Of a DNA stretch of 55,571 nucleotides, positions 9,195 through 21,905 are shown piece after piece (the stretch's first letter is position 1; each line of letters opens with the position of its first letter). The notes under the pieces are model-generated. The model ran no database searches, had not been told where the DNA came from, and was given only the letters and a program-made list of their open reading frames with translations. Position numbers and translations under genes: made by a program. The DNA is from Candidatus Altiarchaeota archaeon (lineage in GTDB: Archaea > Altiarchaeota > Altiarchaeia > IMC4 > SCGC-AAA252-I15): positions 1 to 55,571 of the forward strand of contig JAZDIN010000066.1 of NCBI GenBank assembly GCA_043804895.1, read 5' to 3'.

Positions 9195-9584
9195 TTAGTA
9201 CGCGTAGGCTATCAGCCTTCCTCCCAAACCCTTCTCCTTAGCCTCATCATGGCTCATGATGCCCTTAGGAGTTGAAACAACCAGGAGGCCGAATCCTTTG
9301 GAGGGGAGGTATCTCTTCTCCCACTTGTCGAATTCGGCGAACTTGACCGGAAACCGCGGCTTGATGATACCGCAGTCGTTTATCTGCCGCACAAGCTTTA
9401 TCTTCACGTTTCCGCCCCTTGAGTTATCCACGACCTCGAACTCGCCGACGTACCCCCTCTTCTGGAATAACCGAAGCACGCTGAGGAGGAGCTTGCTCTT
9501 CGGGTAGACGACGCACTCGCTCTTCCCAGTCCTCTCCGCGTTCTTTATCACAGATACCGCGTCATTCAATGGGTCGTGTCTCAT
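9195..9584 (-). CDS. rps8: 30S ribosomal protein uS8
   Basis: DPLNDAVSVIKNAE, CGIIKPRF and VSTPKGIMSH..GGRLIAY motifs. Confidence 0.98.
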   Translation of the reverse strand: MRHDPLNDAVSVIKNAERTGKSECVVYPKSKLLLSVLRLFQKRGYVGEFEVVDNSRGGNVKIKLVRQINDCGIIKPRFPVKFAEFDKWEKRYLPSKGFGLLVVSTPKGIMSHDEAKEKGLGGRLIAYAY

Positions 9585-9587
9585 CTA

Positions 9588-10016
9588 CTACCTCTGAGGC
9601 TTCTCCTTCCTTCCGTGAACGAGCTCGTTCAAGGAGATGTCGTTGACTTTGATTACCTTATATCTGACTCCGGACAGGTCACCCATCGAACGGCCCTTCC
9701 TACCCCCAAGACCCTCAATGAGCACCTGATCGTGTTCTTCGATGAACGTGATGGCCCTGTTCCTGGGGGCGAACGCGGTGACCTGTCTGCCGTTCTTGAG
9801 TAGCTGAACCCTCACACACTTTCTGATTGCTGAGTTAGGCTGCTTCGCCTCAATGCCGACCTTCTCTAAGACAATACCCTTAGCCTGCGGCGCACCCTCA
9901 AGCGGGTCGTGCTTCTGCTTCAGCTTCATAACCCTCCGCGAGTAATCCGACTTACTCCAGCGGAAACTCTTGCGCGTGTCCTGCAGCTTCTTAGCTGCGA
10001 ATTCACCTTTACCCAT
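9588..10016 (-). CDS. rps12: 30S ribosomal protein uS12
   Basis: MGKGEFAA start; [19 protein letters not shown] motif. Confidence 0.98.
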   Translation of the reverse strand: MGKGEFAAKKLQDTRKSFRWSKSDYSRRVMKLKQKHDPLEGAPQAKGIVLEKVGIEAKQPNSAIRKCVRVQLLKNGRQVTAFAPRNRAITFIEEHDQVLIEGLGGRKGRSMGDLSGVRYKVIKVNDISLNELVHGRKEKPQR

Positions 10017-10145
10017 ATTAGACTCGAAAACAGATTTTAAATCAAGCCGGCAGTGTTGGAACCCCACCAAACCAGGGTGGGCCACCAATTCACCAGCCCG
10101 ACAAAAAAACGGTAGATATATAATGTATGAAGAGTATAAAAACGC

Positions 10146-10346
10146 ATGAAGCCTTACGTCGACCAGGGCAGGTGTATCGGCTGCGGAGCCTGCGTTAAAG
10201 TATGCCCCATAACACCGAAGGTGGTGGAACTGAAGGACGTGAAAGATGGTAAGAGAGCTGTGATAGTCCACCCCGAACTGTGCGACCTAGGAAGAGCATG
10301 CGAAAGAGCCTGCCCAACAAAAGCGTTCAAATTCGTAAGAGACTAG
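10146..10346 (+). CDS. Dicluster ferredoxin (second motif [12 protein letters not shown] lacks one Cys)
   Basis: [12 protein letters not shown] and CxxGxxCxxxCP; TATATAA about 24 nt upstream. Confidence 0.9.
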   Translation: MKPYVDQGRCIGCGACVKVCPITPKVVELKDVKDGKRAVIVHPELCDLGRACERACPTKAFKFVRD

Positions 10347-10430
10347 ATTTATCCTCGGCCAGACTGATGAATCTATTTAATACTCCAGCGCCCGTTCCAG
10401 CTGCCACCCCAACTCTAAATGTAATGGAGT

Positions 10431-11081
10431 TTAGGTAGGTGTGCTGTTGAGTCGAGCGTTCGGGTTGCCGTGGTAGCCCAGTGATTCGTCGTTCATCAAG
10501 AGGGCGGCTAATGTGGGGGAGAATAGGGGTTCCTTCGAGTATATCATCTCCGTTATTTCACGGATGCTGTGCTTATGCGATTCACTAATCGCCTCCTCGA
10601 CAGTCTTTTGCTTCAGAAGCTCACGCACCACTGTGTTGGAGCAGTTGATTATCTTAGTCGCTATGGGATCCTTCTCTGGGTTACATTCCGTGTTGTGGTA
10701 TCTGGCAACCCAAAGTTTGTTCTTGTACCCGATAAAGGCGTCACATCCATGTTTCACAGCCTCCAAAGCCAGTTTTTTAAGGCTGTCGCATGCGCGGGCG
10801 AACGTCACCGTGCCCTTCAATAGATTAACCGAACCCATGTTTATGAATTCCCGCCTCTTGTTATCATGGAATGCACTGTCTGTGCCATGGCCATTGAAGA
10901 ATATGAATTGGTATTTGCCATTTCTTATACGTTTGTCGATGTTTTTGAAGTTCTTGTCTTCGCCCTCAACGCGGTCGACACGGTATCCACGGCTTTCAGC
11001 TTCAGGTATCAGAGGTTCCGTAAGCTTGTATAGGTAGTGGGTTGCGGTGTCGTGGTCTGTGCGGATGAACAGTAATGTCAT
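10431..11081 (-). CDS. Putative clan CD (caspase/gingipain/CHAT-like) cysteine peptidase
   Basis: FIFFNGHG (His65), VTFARAC (Cys98), GCDAFIGY and a C-terminal YHGNP resembling the C25 GDP motif. Confidence 0.7.
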   Translation of the reverse strand: MTLLFIRTDHDTATHYLYKLTEPLIPEAESRGYRVDRVEGEDKNFKNIDKRIRNGKYQFIFFNGHGTDSAFHDNKRREFINMGSVNLLKGTVTFARACDSLKKLALEAVKHGCDAFIGYKNKLWVARYHNTECNPEKDPIATKIINCSNTVVRELLKQKTVEEAISESHKHSIREITEMIYSKEPLFSPTLAALLMNDESLGYHGNPNARLNSTPT

Positions 11082-11296
11082 AGTGACTCGGTAAGCAGCT
11101 TTGGCATCATTCGTATGAAATTAACCTGCATCTCAATAGCTGCCTTGCCTACTTCAGTGCCATTGTCAACCTCATTGATAAGGTCTCTTGCAGTGTAGTC
11201 ACCAACTCCACCTAAGGAGAATGTGACATCCGGAGGCATCGCATCCAGCCGGGCCTTCACCAGCTCCTTGATGCTTTTATCATATTCGCCCATCAT
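11078..11296 (-). CDS. Small hypothetical protein (72 aa)
   Basis: ATGA overlaps with both neighbours; weak similarity to the upstream small ORF. Confidence 0.75.
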   Translation of the reverse strand: MMGEYDKSIKELVKARLDAMPPDVTFSLGGVGDYTARDLINEVDNGTEVGKAAIEMQVNFIRMMPKLLTESL

Positions 11297-11493
11297 ATCA
11301 GCCCCAGTTTGATTAGTTGTTTCAGTATGTTTTTGGCGTTCCTTCCGTCATGTTTCACTTCTGCGTGGGCAGCTGCCCAACTGAATGTTTCATCGCCGAC
11401 CAGTGCAACAATCTCTGTCCGCAGCGGATAGGGTATATTTGCATATAATTTAAGGAATTTCGCCTTTAATATTCCATATTCGACTGAATCCAT
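11293..11493 (-). CDS. Small hypothetical protein (66 aa)
   Basis: AGGTG SD before ATG 11493 (alternative GTG 11502); stop overlaps the next ATG; TATA-like TTATATA at about 11547-11553. Confidence 0.75.
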   Translation of the reverse strand: MDSVEYGILKAKFLKLYANIPYPLRTEIVALVGDETFSWAAAHAEVKHDGRNAKNILKQLIKLGLI

Positions 11494-11578
11494 GAGATAC
11501 ACCTAGTTACAGCCAACAAACGCTTATAGATGACTTTAGTAGGGCGTATATAATAATCCGTGTTTAGGTTTGAGGAGG

Positions 11579-12006
11579 TTAGACTGTTCTGAGTGTTAGT
11601 TCGTCTATGTTGCTGTGTCTTTTGGTGAGGGCTTTGGCGGCCTTTATCCTGGTTCCGTTGTGGCCTATGGCTTTGCTTCGGTCTGCCCTGGAGATTTCAA
11701 CGACCGCGACTTTATTGTCGGAGGTTTGTGCGATGTTTAGGCCGTGTATTTCGACTGGTGTGAAAAGGTTTCTGATGAACTGCTCCTCATCGTCGTTGTG
11801 TTCGAATATGAGTATGTTCTTGCCGAGTGCTGTGCGGGCTTTCTCGACGTTGCCGCCTTTTTTGCCGATGGCGAGGCCCATGTCGCCTGCCTTGACTAGG
11901 AAGCATAGTGTGTCGCCCTCCTGGAGGAAGTCCTTGACCTTCGCGCCGGTCATGGATTCGAAGAGGGTTATGTGCTTTATGTCGTCTGTGGTGAGCCTTA
12001 TCTTGT

Positions 12007-12010
<4 letters not shown>
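11579..12010 (-). CDS. nusA: Archaeal transcription factor NusA (two KH domains)
   Basis: FESMTGA..D, AIGKKGGNV and AIGHNG motifs; canonical position after eL30. Confidence 0.96.
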
Positions 12011-15912
<3,902 letters not shown>

Positions 15913-15916
<4 letters not shown>

Positions 15917-17721
15917 GCCTTATCACTCAGTTTAAGTTTAGGTACTACGCACATTCCCATGAGCTCGTTCAAGAGGAGCTTGAACGCGTACGCCATCTCC
16001 ACAGGGTATGTGGGGACTTCCCCGCATAGGGGGCAGTATATCTGCCTCCTTTCGACGTCGTTGACTGCGACCATGCCGCATTTACCGCACACTGGGACGA
16101 CGACCTTGTCTGATTCGTCCAGGAGTCGGTCCTTGAGCATCATCGACGCGCCGTGGCCGATGAGACAATCTCTTTCCATCTCACCGAATCTGAGTCCGCC
16201 CTCCCTAGCGCGGCCTTCGGTCGGCTGTCTTGTTAGCATCTGGACCGGCCCTCTTGATCGTGCGTGGACCTTGTTAGCGACCATGTGGTGGAGCTTCTGA
16301 TAGTATGCTATCCCTATGAATATCTCAACTTCGAATTTTTCTCCTGTGGTTCCGTTGTAGAGGACTTCCTTCCCGGAGTGGTGGAATCCGTACTTCTTGA
16401 GCGCGGCCCTCAGGTCGTCCTCCTCCTCGTTTGAGAAGGCTGTCCCGTTCACGAACCTGCCTTCCATGGCTCCGACCTTCCCGCCCACCATCTCAAGGAC
16501 GTGGCCGATTGTCATCCTCGATGGTATCGCGTGGGGGTTGATTATGATGTCAGGCACTATGCCGTCTTTTGTGAATGGCATGTCCTCCTGCGCCACAATG
16601 AGGCCGCAGACTCCCTTCTGGCCGTGCCTTGAGGCGAACTTGTCTCCGAGCTCTGGTATCCTCATGCTTCTGACCCTGACTTTCGCGAGCTTGTTCTTCT
16701 CGACAGTCTCTGTGAGTACGACGCAGTCTACGACGCCTGATTCCATGTGCCTGACTGTGGTGGAAGTCTCCCGCCTCTTCTCCTCCACTATACCGTATGG
16801 TCCGATTTCCTCTAGGAATCTAGGAGGCGACGTTCTCCCAATAAGGACCTCGCCTGAGCCGACGTCGGATTCTGGGTAGATGAGGCCTTCAGGTCCGAGT
16901 TTGGTGTATGTGTCATCGGCTTGCGCGCCTTCAACCTCAACTGATGGCACCTCGAAGCTGTCCTTCTGTCCGCTCGGGTAGCGGCGCTCCTCAGCAGTGT
17001 ACGTCCTGTAGAACGTCGAGCGTCCTAGGCCGCGCTCCACTGAGCCGCGGTTGAGGACTACGGCGTCTTCCATGTTGTAGCCCTCGTAGCTCATGATTGC
17101 GACAACGAAGTTCTGGCCTGCAGGCCTTCTGCTGTATTCGATTGAGTCTATTATGTCGGTCTTGACGAGCGGGGTCTCAGGGTAGTGCAGTACGTTAGCC
17201 CTGCTGTCAAGTCTTGAGAAGTAATTTGAAGCGTACAACCCGAGCGTCTGCTTCGCCATCGCAGCTGCCATGGTTACCCTCGGCGAGGAGTTGTGCTCCG
17301 GCCAGGGTGCGAAGCATGCGCTGATTCCGAGCATCAGCGACGGAGTCAGCTCAAGGTGCGTGTGTTCAGGGTTCAGCTTGTACTCCCTCATCGCGATGTA
17401 AGCCTCCTCTTCCTCTTCGGCGTCTATGTATTCTACTATGCCCTGCTCCACTAGGTTCTTCCACTGTATCGTTCCGTCCCTCAGGTCCTTCAGGTGCTTT
17501 TCTGTGAAGTTGGGCCTGCCTTCCTCGATGATGGCGAGTGGCCTGAGCGTCCTGCCCTTGTCTGTGTAGACTTGGACTTCGTTGTTCTCCTCATGGAAGC
17601 TTATCGACACCGTAGGATGAATCTTGTTCTGTCTTCGCAGGTCGCGGAGTTTCTTCGCCAAGACCTCGGGGTTCTTGTGCTCCCCGATAAGCCGCCCATT
17701 CAAGTAGACTACAGTTGCCAT
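15913..17721 (-). CDS. rpoB1: DNA-directed RNA polymerase subunit B' (Rpo2C)
   Basis: [19 protein letters not shown] and [12 protein letters not shown] motifs; start MATVVYLNG. Confidence 0.99.
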
Positions 17722-17722
17722 A

Positions 17723-19189
17723 TTATTTGACTCCGAACTCCCGCATGTATTTCTCGAGCGGAGCCTCATCCTGCTCGGCTGTAATCAACGCACCTACTGC
17801 TAAGTTCTTCACGAGGCCGCAGTTCTGTCCCTCCGGGGTCTCGTTCGGGCATACCCTGCCGAACTGTGTCGCATGCAGGTCTCTTGCCTCAAAGTGCGGG
17901 TGGCTTCTTGATAGGAGGGAGCTGACTCTCCGCTGGTGTGTGATGTATGAGATGTAGTTCGTTCTGTCCAAGACCTGGCTTACTCCGCTTCGGCCGCCGG
18001 TCCAGTTGCCTGTTGCGAGCGCATAGCAGATGCTCTCTGTGAGGTTGTTGCTTCTGACCGCTGTCTTCACGTTAATCATCCTGTGGCGCGCATTCTGCTT
18101 CTCAAGCTGGTATTTTATGTCGCGCGCTATCTTGTTGAAGCTGACCCTGAAAAGCTCCTGCATCAAATCTCCGCTTAGGCGGAGCCTCTTGTTGCTGTAA
18201 TGGTCCTTGTCGTCCTCCTCACGTATCCCCAAATCAAGCTCTAGGACCTTCTTCGCCATTATCCCGAGGTAGATGGCTTTCGCCCTCCTGTCGCCTTCAG
18301 TGTTTCCGATGTGGGGTAGGAGGAAGTTATTTATTACCTGGTTAGCGCGGGTTGTCTGATACTGTTTGGCATGGCCTGCCCCAGCCCTCTTGCCGAGGTA
18401 GTCGAAGGCATCCTGCTGGGTCATCTCCTTCAGCTCCATGTTTATTTTGACTTCAAGCTGGGTCTCGTTGTCGAAGAGGCCGAGTATCTCGTCCTCCTTG
18501 AGGCCGAGTGCAGTCATCAGGACAGTGAGCGGTATCCTATTTGGTATCCCTGGGAACGCGACGAATAGGGTGCCACCACCGGATACTTCCCTCTTCTCGA
18601 CTGTGATCCTGGAGCGGAAGCCCTGCCTTACCGAGAATACCTTCGCTATGACGACGTCCTTGCCCATCACAGACTCCCTTGTGGTGACAATCCTGTTAGG
18701 GGCTAGATCCTCCACTATTATTAGTGTACGTTCAGTGCCGTTGATTATGAAATAACCTCCCATGTCCAACGGGTCCTCCCCCCTCTTGATGCGGTCGTCG
18801 TCGTCAAGGCCGTTCAAAAGGCATATCTTTGATTTAAGCATCACTGGGAGGTGGCCTATCTCAACTTCGACAGGCTCCCCGCGCTCTATGAATTCGAGGT
18901 TGATGGGAGCGGAGTATGTGAGGTTCCTGAGCCTGCATTCGAACGGGTAGCGGGGCTCAACACCCTGGCCTGACTCGTTCACCTGCGGGGTGCCGACACT
19001 GATCTTCCCTAACTCGAGGCTGTAGTCTGGTATCTCTATCTCCAGGCTCCCCTTCTCGTCGATTACCTCCTGTAGGCCTTTTTCGACTAGCCAGTTGTAG
19101 GAGTCAAGTTGGAATTTCGTCAGGTCCTCACGTTGAATGAAGTCTGAGAGCCTGATGAGAGGCAGTTTAGAGTGTTTCTCTGGGCTCAT
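17723..19189 (-). CDS. rpoB2: DNA-directed RNA polymerase subunit B'' (Rpo2N)
   Basis: [23 protein letters not shown] and [17 protein letters not shown] motifs. Confidence 0.99.
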   Translation of the reverse strand: MSPEKHSKLPLIRLSDFIQREDLTKFQLDSYNWLVEKGLQEVIDEKGSLEIEIPDYSLELGKISVGTPQVNESGQGVEPRYPFECRLRNLTYSAPINLEFIERGEPVEVEIGHLPVMLKSKICLLNGLDDDDRIKRGEDPLDMGGYFIINGTERTLIIVEDLAPNRIVTTRESVMGKDVVIAKVFSVRQGFRSRITVEKREVSGGGTLFVAFPGIPNRIPLTVLMTALGLKEDEILGLFDNETQLEVKINMELKEMTQQDAFDYLGKRAGAGHAKQYQTTRANQVINNFLLPHIGNTEGDRRAKAIYLGIMAKKVLELDLGIREEDDKDHYSNKRLRLSGDLMQELFRVSFNKIARDIKYQLEKQNARHRMINVKTAVRSNNLTESICYALATGNWTGGRSGVSQVLDRTNYISYITHQRRVSSLLSRSHPHFEARDLHATQFGRVCPNETPEGQNCGLVKNLAVGALITAEQDEAPLEKYMREFGVK

Positions 19190-19410
19190 TCGACAACCAC
19201 CCTGTAGTATATCGAGTTGCCGATGTATTCGTTTGTGCGCATTATCTTTATTATGTCGCCGACCTTTGCGTTCAGGTGCTTTATCGCAGGGTCGGCTGAG
19301 ATTATCTGCGGCATCTTGTCGCGGGTGACATTGTATTTGTCAAGGACTCCCTGGGTTTCTTCAGGGCTCAATAGCTAGTGCTTGGGTATTAGTTTATGTT
19401 CAATCAACAT
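19186..19410 (-). CDS. rpoH: RNA polymerase subunit H (Rpo5), with in-frame TAG at codon 12 (19375-19377)
   Basis: GGAGGTG SD then MLIEHKLIPKH*LLSPEE...PQIISADP..GDIIKIMR..YYRVV. Confidence 0.9.
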
Positions 19411-19507
19411 GACACCTCCACAAGACTTTTAGTCCGTGGACAGAAGGAGAAATGTGTCTTAGTTATATGCAACTAGTATTTATAAATTAAAATTATTCGC
19501 TGTTTGC

Positions 19508-20422
19508 CTAATTTTGCCTGTAAACCCATCTTAGGACGTCTGTTGTCGTTATCACGCCCTCCAGCCTGCCGTCTTTCACGACAGGGAATCCACCGTACCC
19601 AGTGTCGTGGATGAGCCCGACCACTGAGTCTAGGTCGTCCTCAGGAGCGACCGAAATTATGTTCTCCTCCATTATCTCATCAACCCGGGTGGAGAGGTTC
19701 TCCTCAGCGCCGACGCCCTTGTACTCCCCCCCCTCAAGGAATCCGAGAACGTCAAAAACTGTGACGAGCCCGACCACCTCCTCCTGCCTTATCACAGGCA
19801 GCCTCCTCAGCTGGTTCCTCACCATTATCTTGCTCACGTCAGACAGCATCATCCCAAGGGTGGCAGTTATCGGCTTAGGCTTCATAACCCTCCCGACAGC
19901 GACGCCTATCTTGTCATCAGTGTGGGGCAGCACATCACGCTCGGTCACCAACCCCACAACACCCATCGTCTTACTGTCCGAAACAATCGGTATGCAGCTG
20001 CTGTGTTTGTCGAGCATAATCGATACCGCATCCTCGACCGACGCCATGGAGTCGAGGTACTGGGACTGCCGCATAATCTTGCTAATCGGACTGTTGATAG
20101 CTGCAAGGAAGTTCCCGCCGTAATCCTTTTCGATGATGTTGTATTTCTCTCCGCCGCCGAGGAAATCAAGGAGGTCAATCGCAGTCACAAGGCCGCTGAG
20201 CCTCCTAGTCCCAGCATCCAGGACTGGAAGACGCCTGACGTCGTTGTCCCTCATCAGCGAGGCTGCATTCTTTATCGTGTTGGAGGGGTGAGTTATTATG
20301 ACATCCTTGGAAGCTACCTTCATCACGTCCCCGGAATGCTTGACTACATGGGAGACGTGCTTTTTAGGTCCCCTGTCCATGCCACCCTTGATGTCCGAAT
20401 ACCTTTGGCTTCCGCGAAACAT
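19508..20422 (-). CDS. Four-CBS-domain protein
   Basis: Repeated CBS signatures (VRRLPV, CIPIV, LRRLPV, GGFPVV, GVITTTD). Confidence 0.92.
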   Translation of the reverse strand: MFRGSQRYSDIKGGMDRGPKKHVSHVVKHSGDVMKVASKDVIITHPSNTIKNAASLMRDNDVRRLPVLDAGTRRLSGLVTAIDLLDFLGGGEKYNIIEKDYGGNFLAAINSPISKIMRQSQYLDSMASVEDAVSIMLDKHSSCIPIVSDSKTMGVVGLVTERDVLPHTDDKIGVAVGRVMKPKPITATLGMMLSDVSKIMVRNQLRRLPVIRQEEVVGLVTVFDVLGFLEGGEYKGVGAEENLSTRVDEIMEENIISVAPEDDLDSVVGLIHDTGYGGFPVVKDGRLEGVITTTDVLRWVYRQN

Positions 20423-20423
20423 C

Positions 20424-21182
20424 TTACCTTCCGTGAACTATCCTGCACAGTTTCTTTGTCATCTCCACGCGGTCCTTCGCCTGGAAGACGTTGCGACCTA
20501 TGGATATGCCCATAGCCCCGCAGTCCATCGCATCCTCCACCATCTTGAAGAGGTCAGCTTCGCTTTCTATCTTCGGGCCCCCAGCTATCACTATCGGAGT
20601 CGGGCATCCTTCGATGACCTCCTTGAACGTCTTCTTGTCGCCGGTGTAGAGGGTTTTAATTATGTCGGCGCCTAGTTCCGCGCCGAGTCTTGCGACGTGC
20701 TTCACGTACTTCACGTCTGTCGGGTTCTTTATCTCAGGGCCGCGCGGGTACATCATGGCAAGGAGGGGCATCCCGTATTCTATGCAGTCCTCTGATATCA
20801 TCCCAAGGTCGCGGACCATCTTGTGCTCGGTGTCTGAGCCGACGTTGATGTGGACTGAGACGGCGTCCGCTCCGAGCCTCACAGCCTCCTTAACGCTTGT
20901 GACCAGGATTTTATTGTTCGGGTCAGGCTGGACTGCGCTGCCTGCGTTCAGGTGTATTATCAGGCCGATATCGTTGCCGTATCCCCTGTGGCAGTAGCGT
21001 GGTATGCCCTTGTGCATCAAGACAGCGTTCGCTCCCCCCCGGGCCACATCATCAACAACTTCTGTGAGATTCTCAAGCCCCTGTATGGGGCCGACTGTGA
21101 CCCCGTGGTCCAACGGCACGATGACACTCTTCTTCGTCTGCCTGTCCATGATACGCTCCAACCGCACTCTCTTACCGATCAT
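20424..21182 (-). CDS. aroA': DhnA-type class I aldolase, probably 2-amino-3,7-dideoxy-D-threo-hept-6-ulosonate synthase (AroA')
   Basis: MIGKRVRLERI, VPLDHG, AMMYPRG, ELGADIIKT (Schiff-base Lys), AGGPK and GRNVFQ motifs. Confidence 0.85.
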   Translation of the reverse strand: MIGKRVRLERIMDRQTKKSVIVPLDHGVTVGPIQGLENLTEVVDDVARGGANAVLMHKGIPRYCHRGYGNDIGLIIHLNAGSAVQPDPNNKILVTSVKEAVRLGADAVSVHINVGSDTEHKMVRDLGMISEDCIEYGMPLLAMMYPRGPEIKNPTDVKYVKHVARLGAELGADIIKTLYTGDKKTFKEVIEGCPTPIVIAGGPKIESEADLFKMVEDAMDCGAMGISIGRNVFQAKDRVEMTKKLCRIVHGR

Positions 21183-21369
21183 TTTAGACACCACATATGT
21201 AGTGGTTCAATTAGTATTTAACACTTAAAAAGTCGCGGAGGGAGTGTGTAATCCATCCACTAGGATAGGCTGACTACCAGGTGATTCCCAGGATGGCACT
21301 ATTGTGCATCCTATTTGACACTAATATATACCCAACCTTTTTATGGGGGCCACCTAATCGTCAACTGAG

Positions 21370-21615
21370 GTGAAGGTGATGGAAGTATGCCCCAGATGCG
21401 GCACGCGGGAACTGCAGGATCTGCGGACTTGGAGGTACGTTAAGGAGATCTGCAGGCACATATGTCCGATATGCGTGCTCCAGGGGGCTGAGTTTGAGGA
21501 TCCGAATGTGTGGGAGAAGGACATTAGGGTAGCGGACACAAGCGCCATTGCCACATTATTCTCTAAGGGAGCTGGTAAGGTTAATCCTACGTTAAATGGA
21601 GGTGGTGGTGCATAA
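21370..21615 (+). CDS. Small putative Zn-ribbon protein
   Basis: CPRC ... CRHICPIC; GAGGTGA SD-like sequence; stop overlaps the next ATG (TAATG). Confidence 0.5.
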   Translation: MKVMEVCPRCGTRELQDLRTWRYVKEICRHICPICVLQGAEFEDPNVWEKDIRVADTSAIATLFSKGAGKVNPTLNGGGGA

Positions 21616-21755
21616 TGGATGCGGAATTCATCCAACCAGCTTCTGACTTGCGGATTGAGATATGCGCGTACCCGATGGCGCCGGAGAAGACGGCGAGACT
21701 CCTAATCGTCATGGCTATGGTCGCAGGACTCCTCGCAGCCTTGAAGTTGATGTGA
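21615..21755 (+). CDS. 46-aa small protein with C-terminal transmembrane helix (not in ORF track)
   Basis: MDAEFIQPASDLRIEICAYPMAPEKTARLLIVMAMVAGLLAALKLM; GGAGGTGG SD, TAATG coupling, T-tract downstream. Confidence 0.5.
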   Translation: MDAEFIQPASDLRIEICAYPMAPEKTARLLIVMAMVAGLLAALKLM

Positions 21756-21766
21756 GAGGGTTTTTT

Positions 21767-21878
21767 TATAGCTGAGGGCATACTCTCTAGACTTCATAAG
21801 AAGTATAATAAGCCTTGTGCCCTCAGATATATTCGAGAGCATAGAATCCAAGTCACGGAGGTTATGCTCTCGACTATA
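21767..21878. repeat. Double-hairpin structured element, copy 1
   Basis: TATAG...CTATA ends; stems CTGAGGGCA/TGCCCTCAG and TCGAGAGCATA/TATGCTCTCGA; central GATATATTCGA shared with 52604-52727. Confidence 0.75.
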
Positions 21879-21905
21879 CTAGCAGGTTACTGTAATAATT
21901 TGAAG

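Noticed and set aside
10017-10145. tRNA in the nusA-rps12 interval, as in some archaea
   Set aside because: No TTCRA T-loop or cloverleaf on either strand; only a long hairpin.
10364-10370. CTGATGA (hammerhead core or C/D box C motif)
   Set aside because: No stem II plus GAAA and no downstream D box with suitable spacing.
21864-21905. ORF-track start (21864) for the ACT regulator
   Set aside because: That ATG lies inside a stem of the structured element; family-like sequence begins at ATG 21906.
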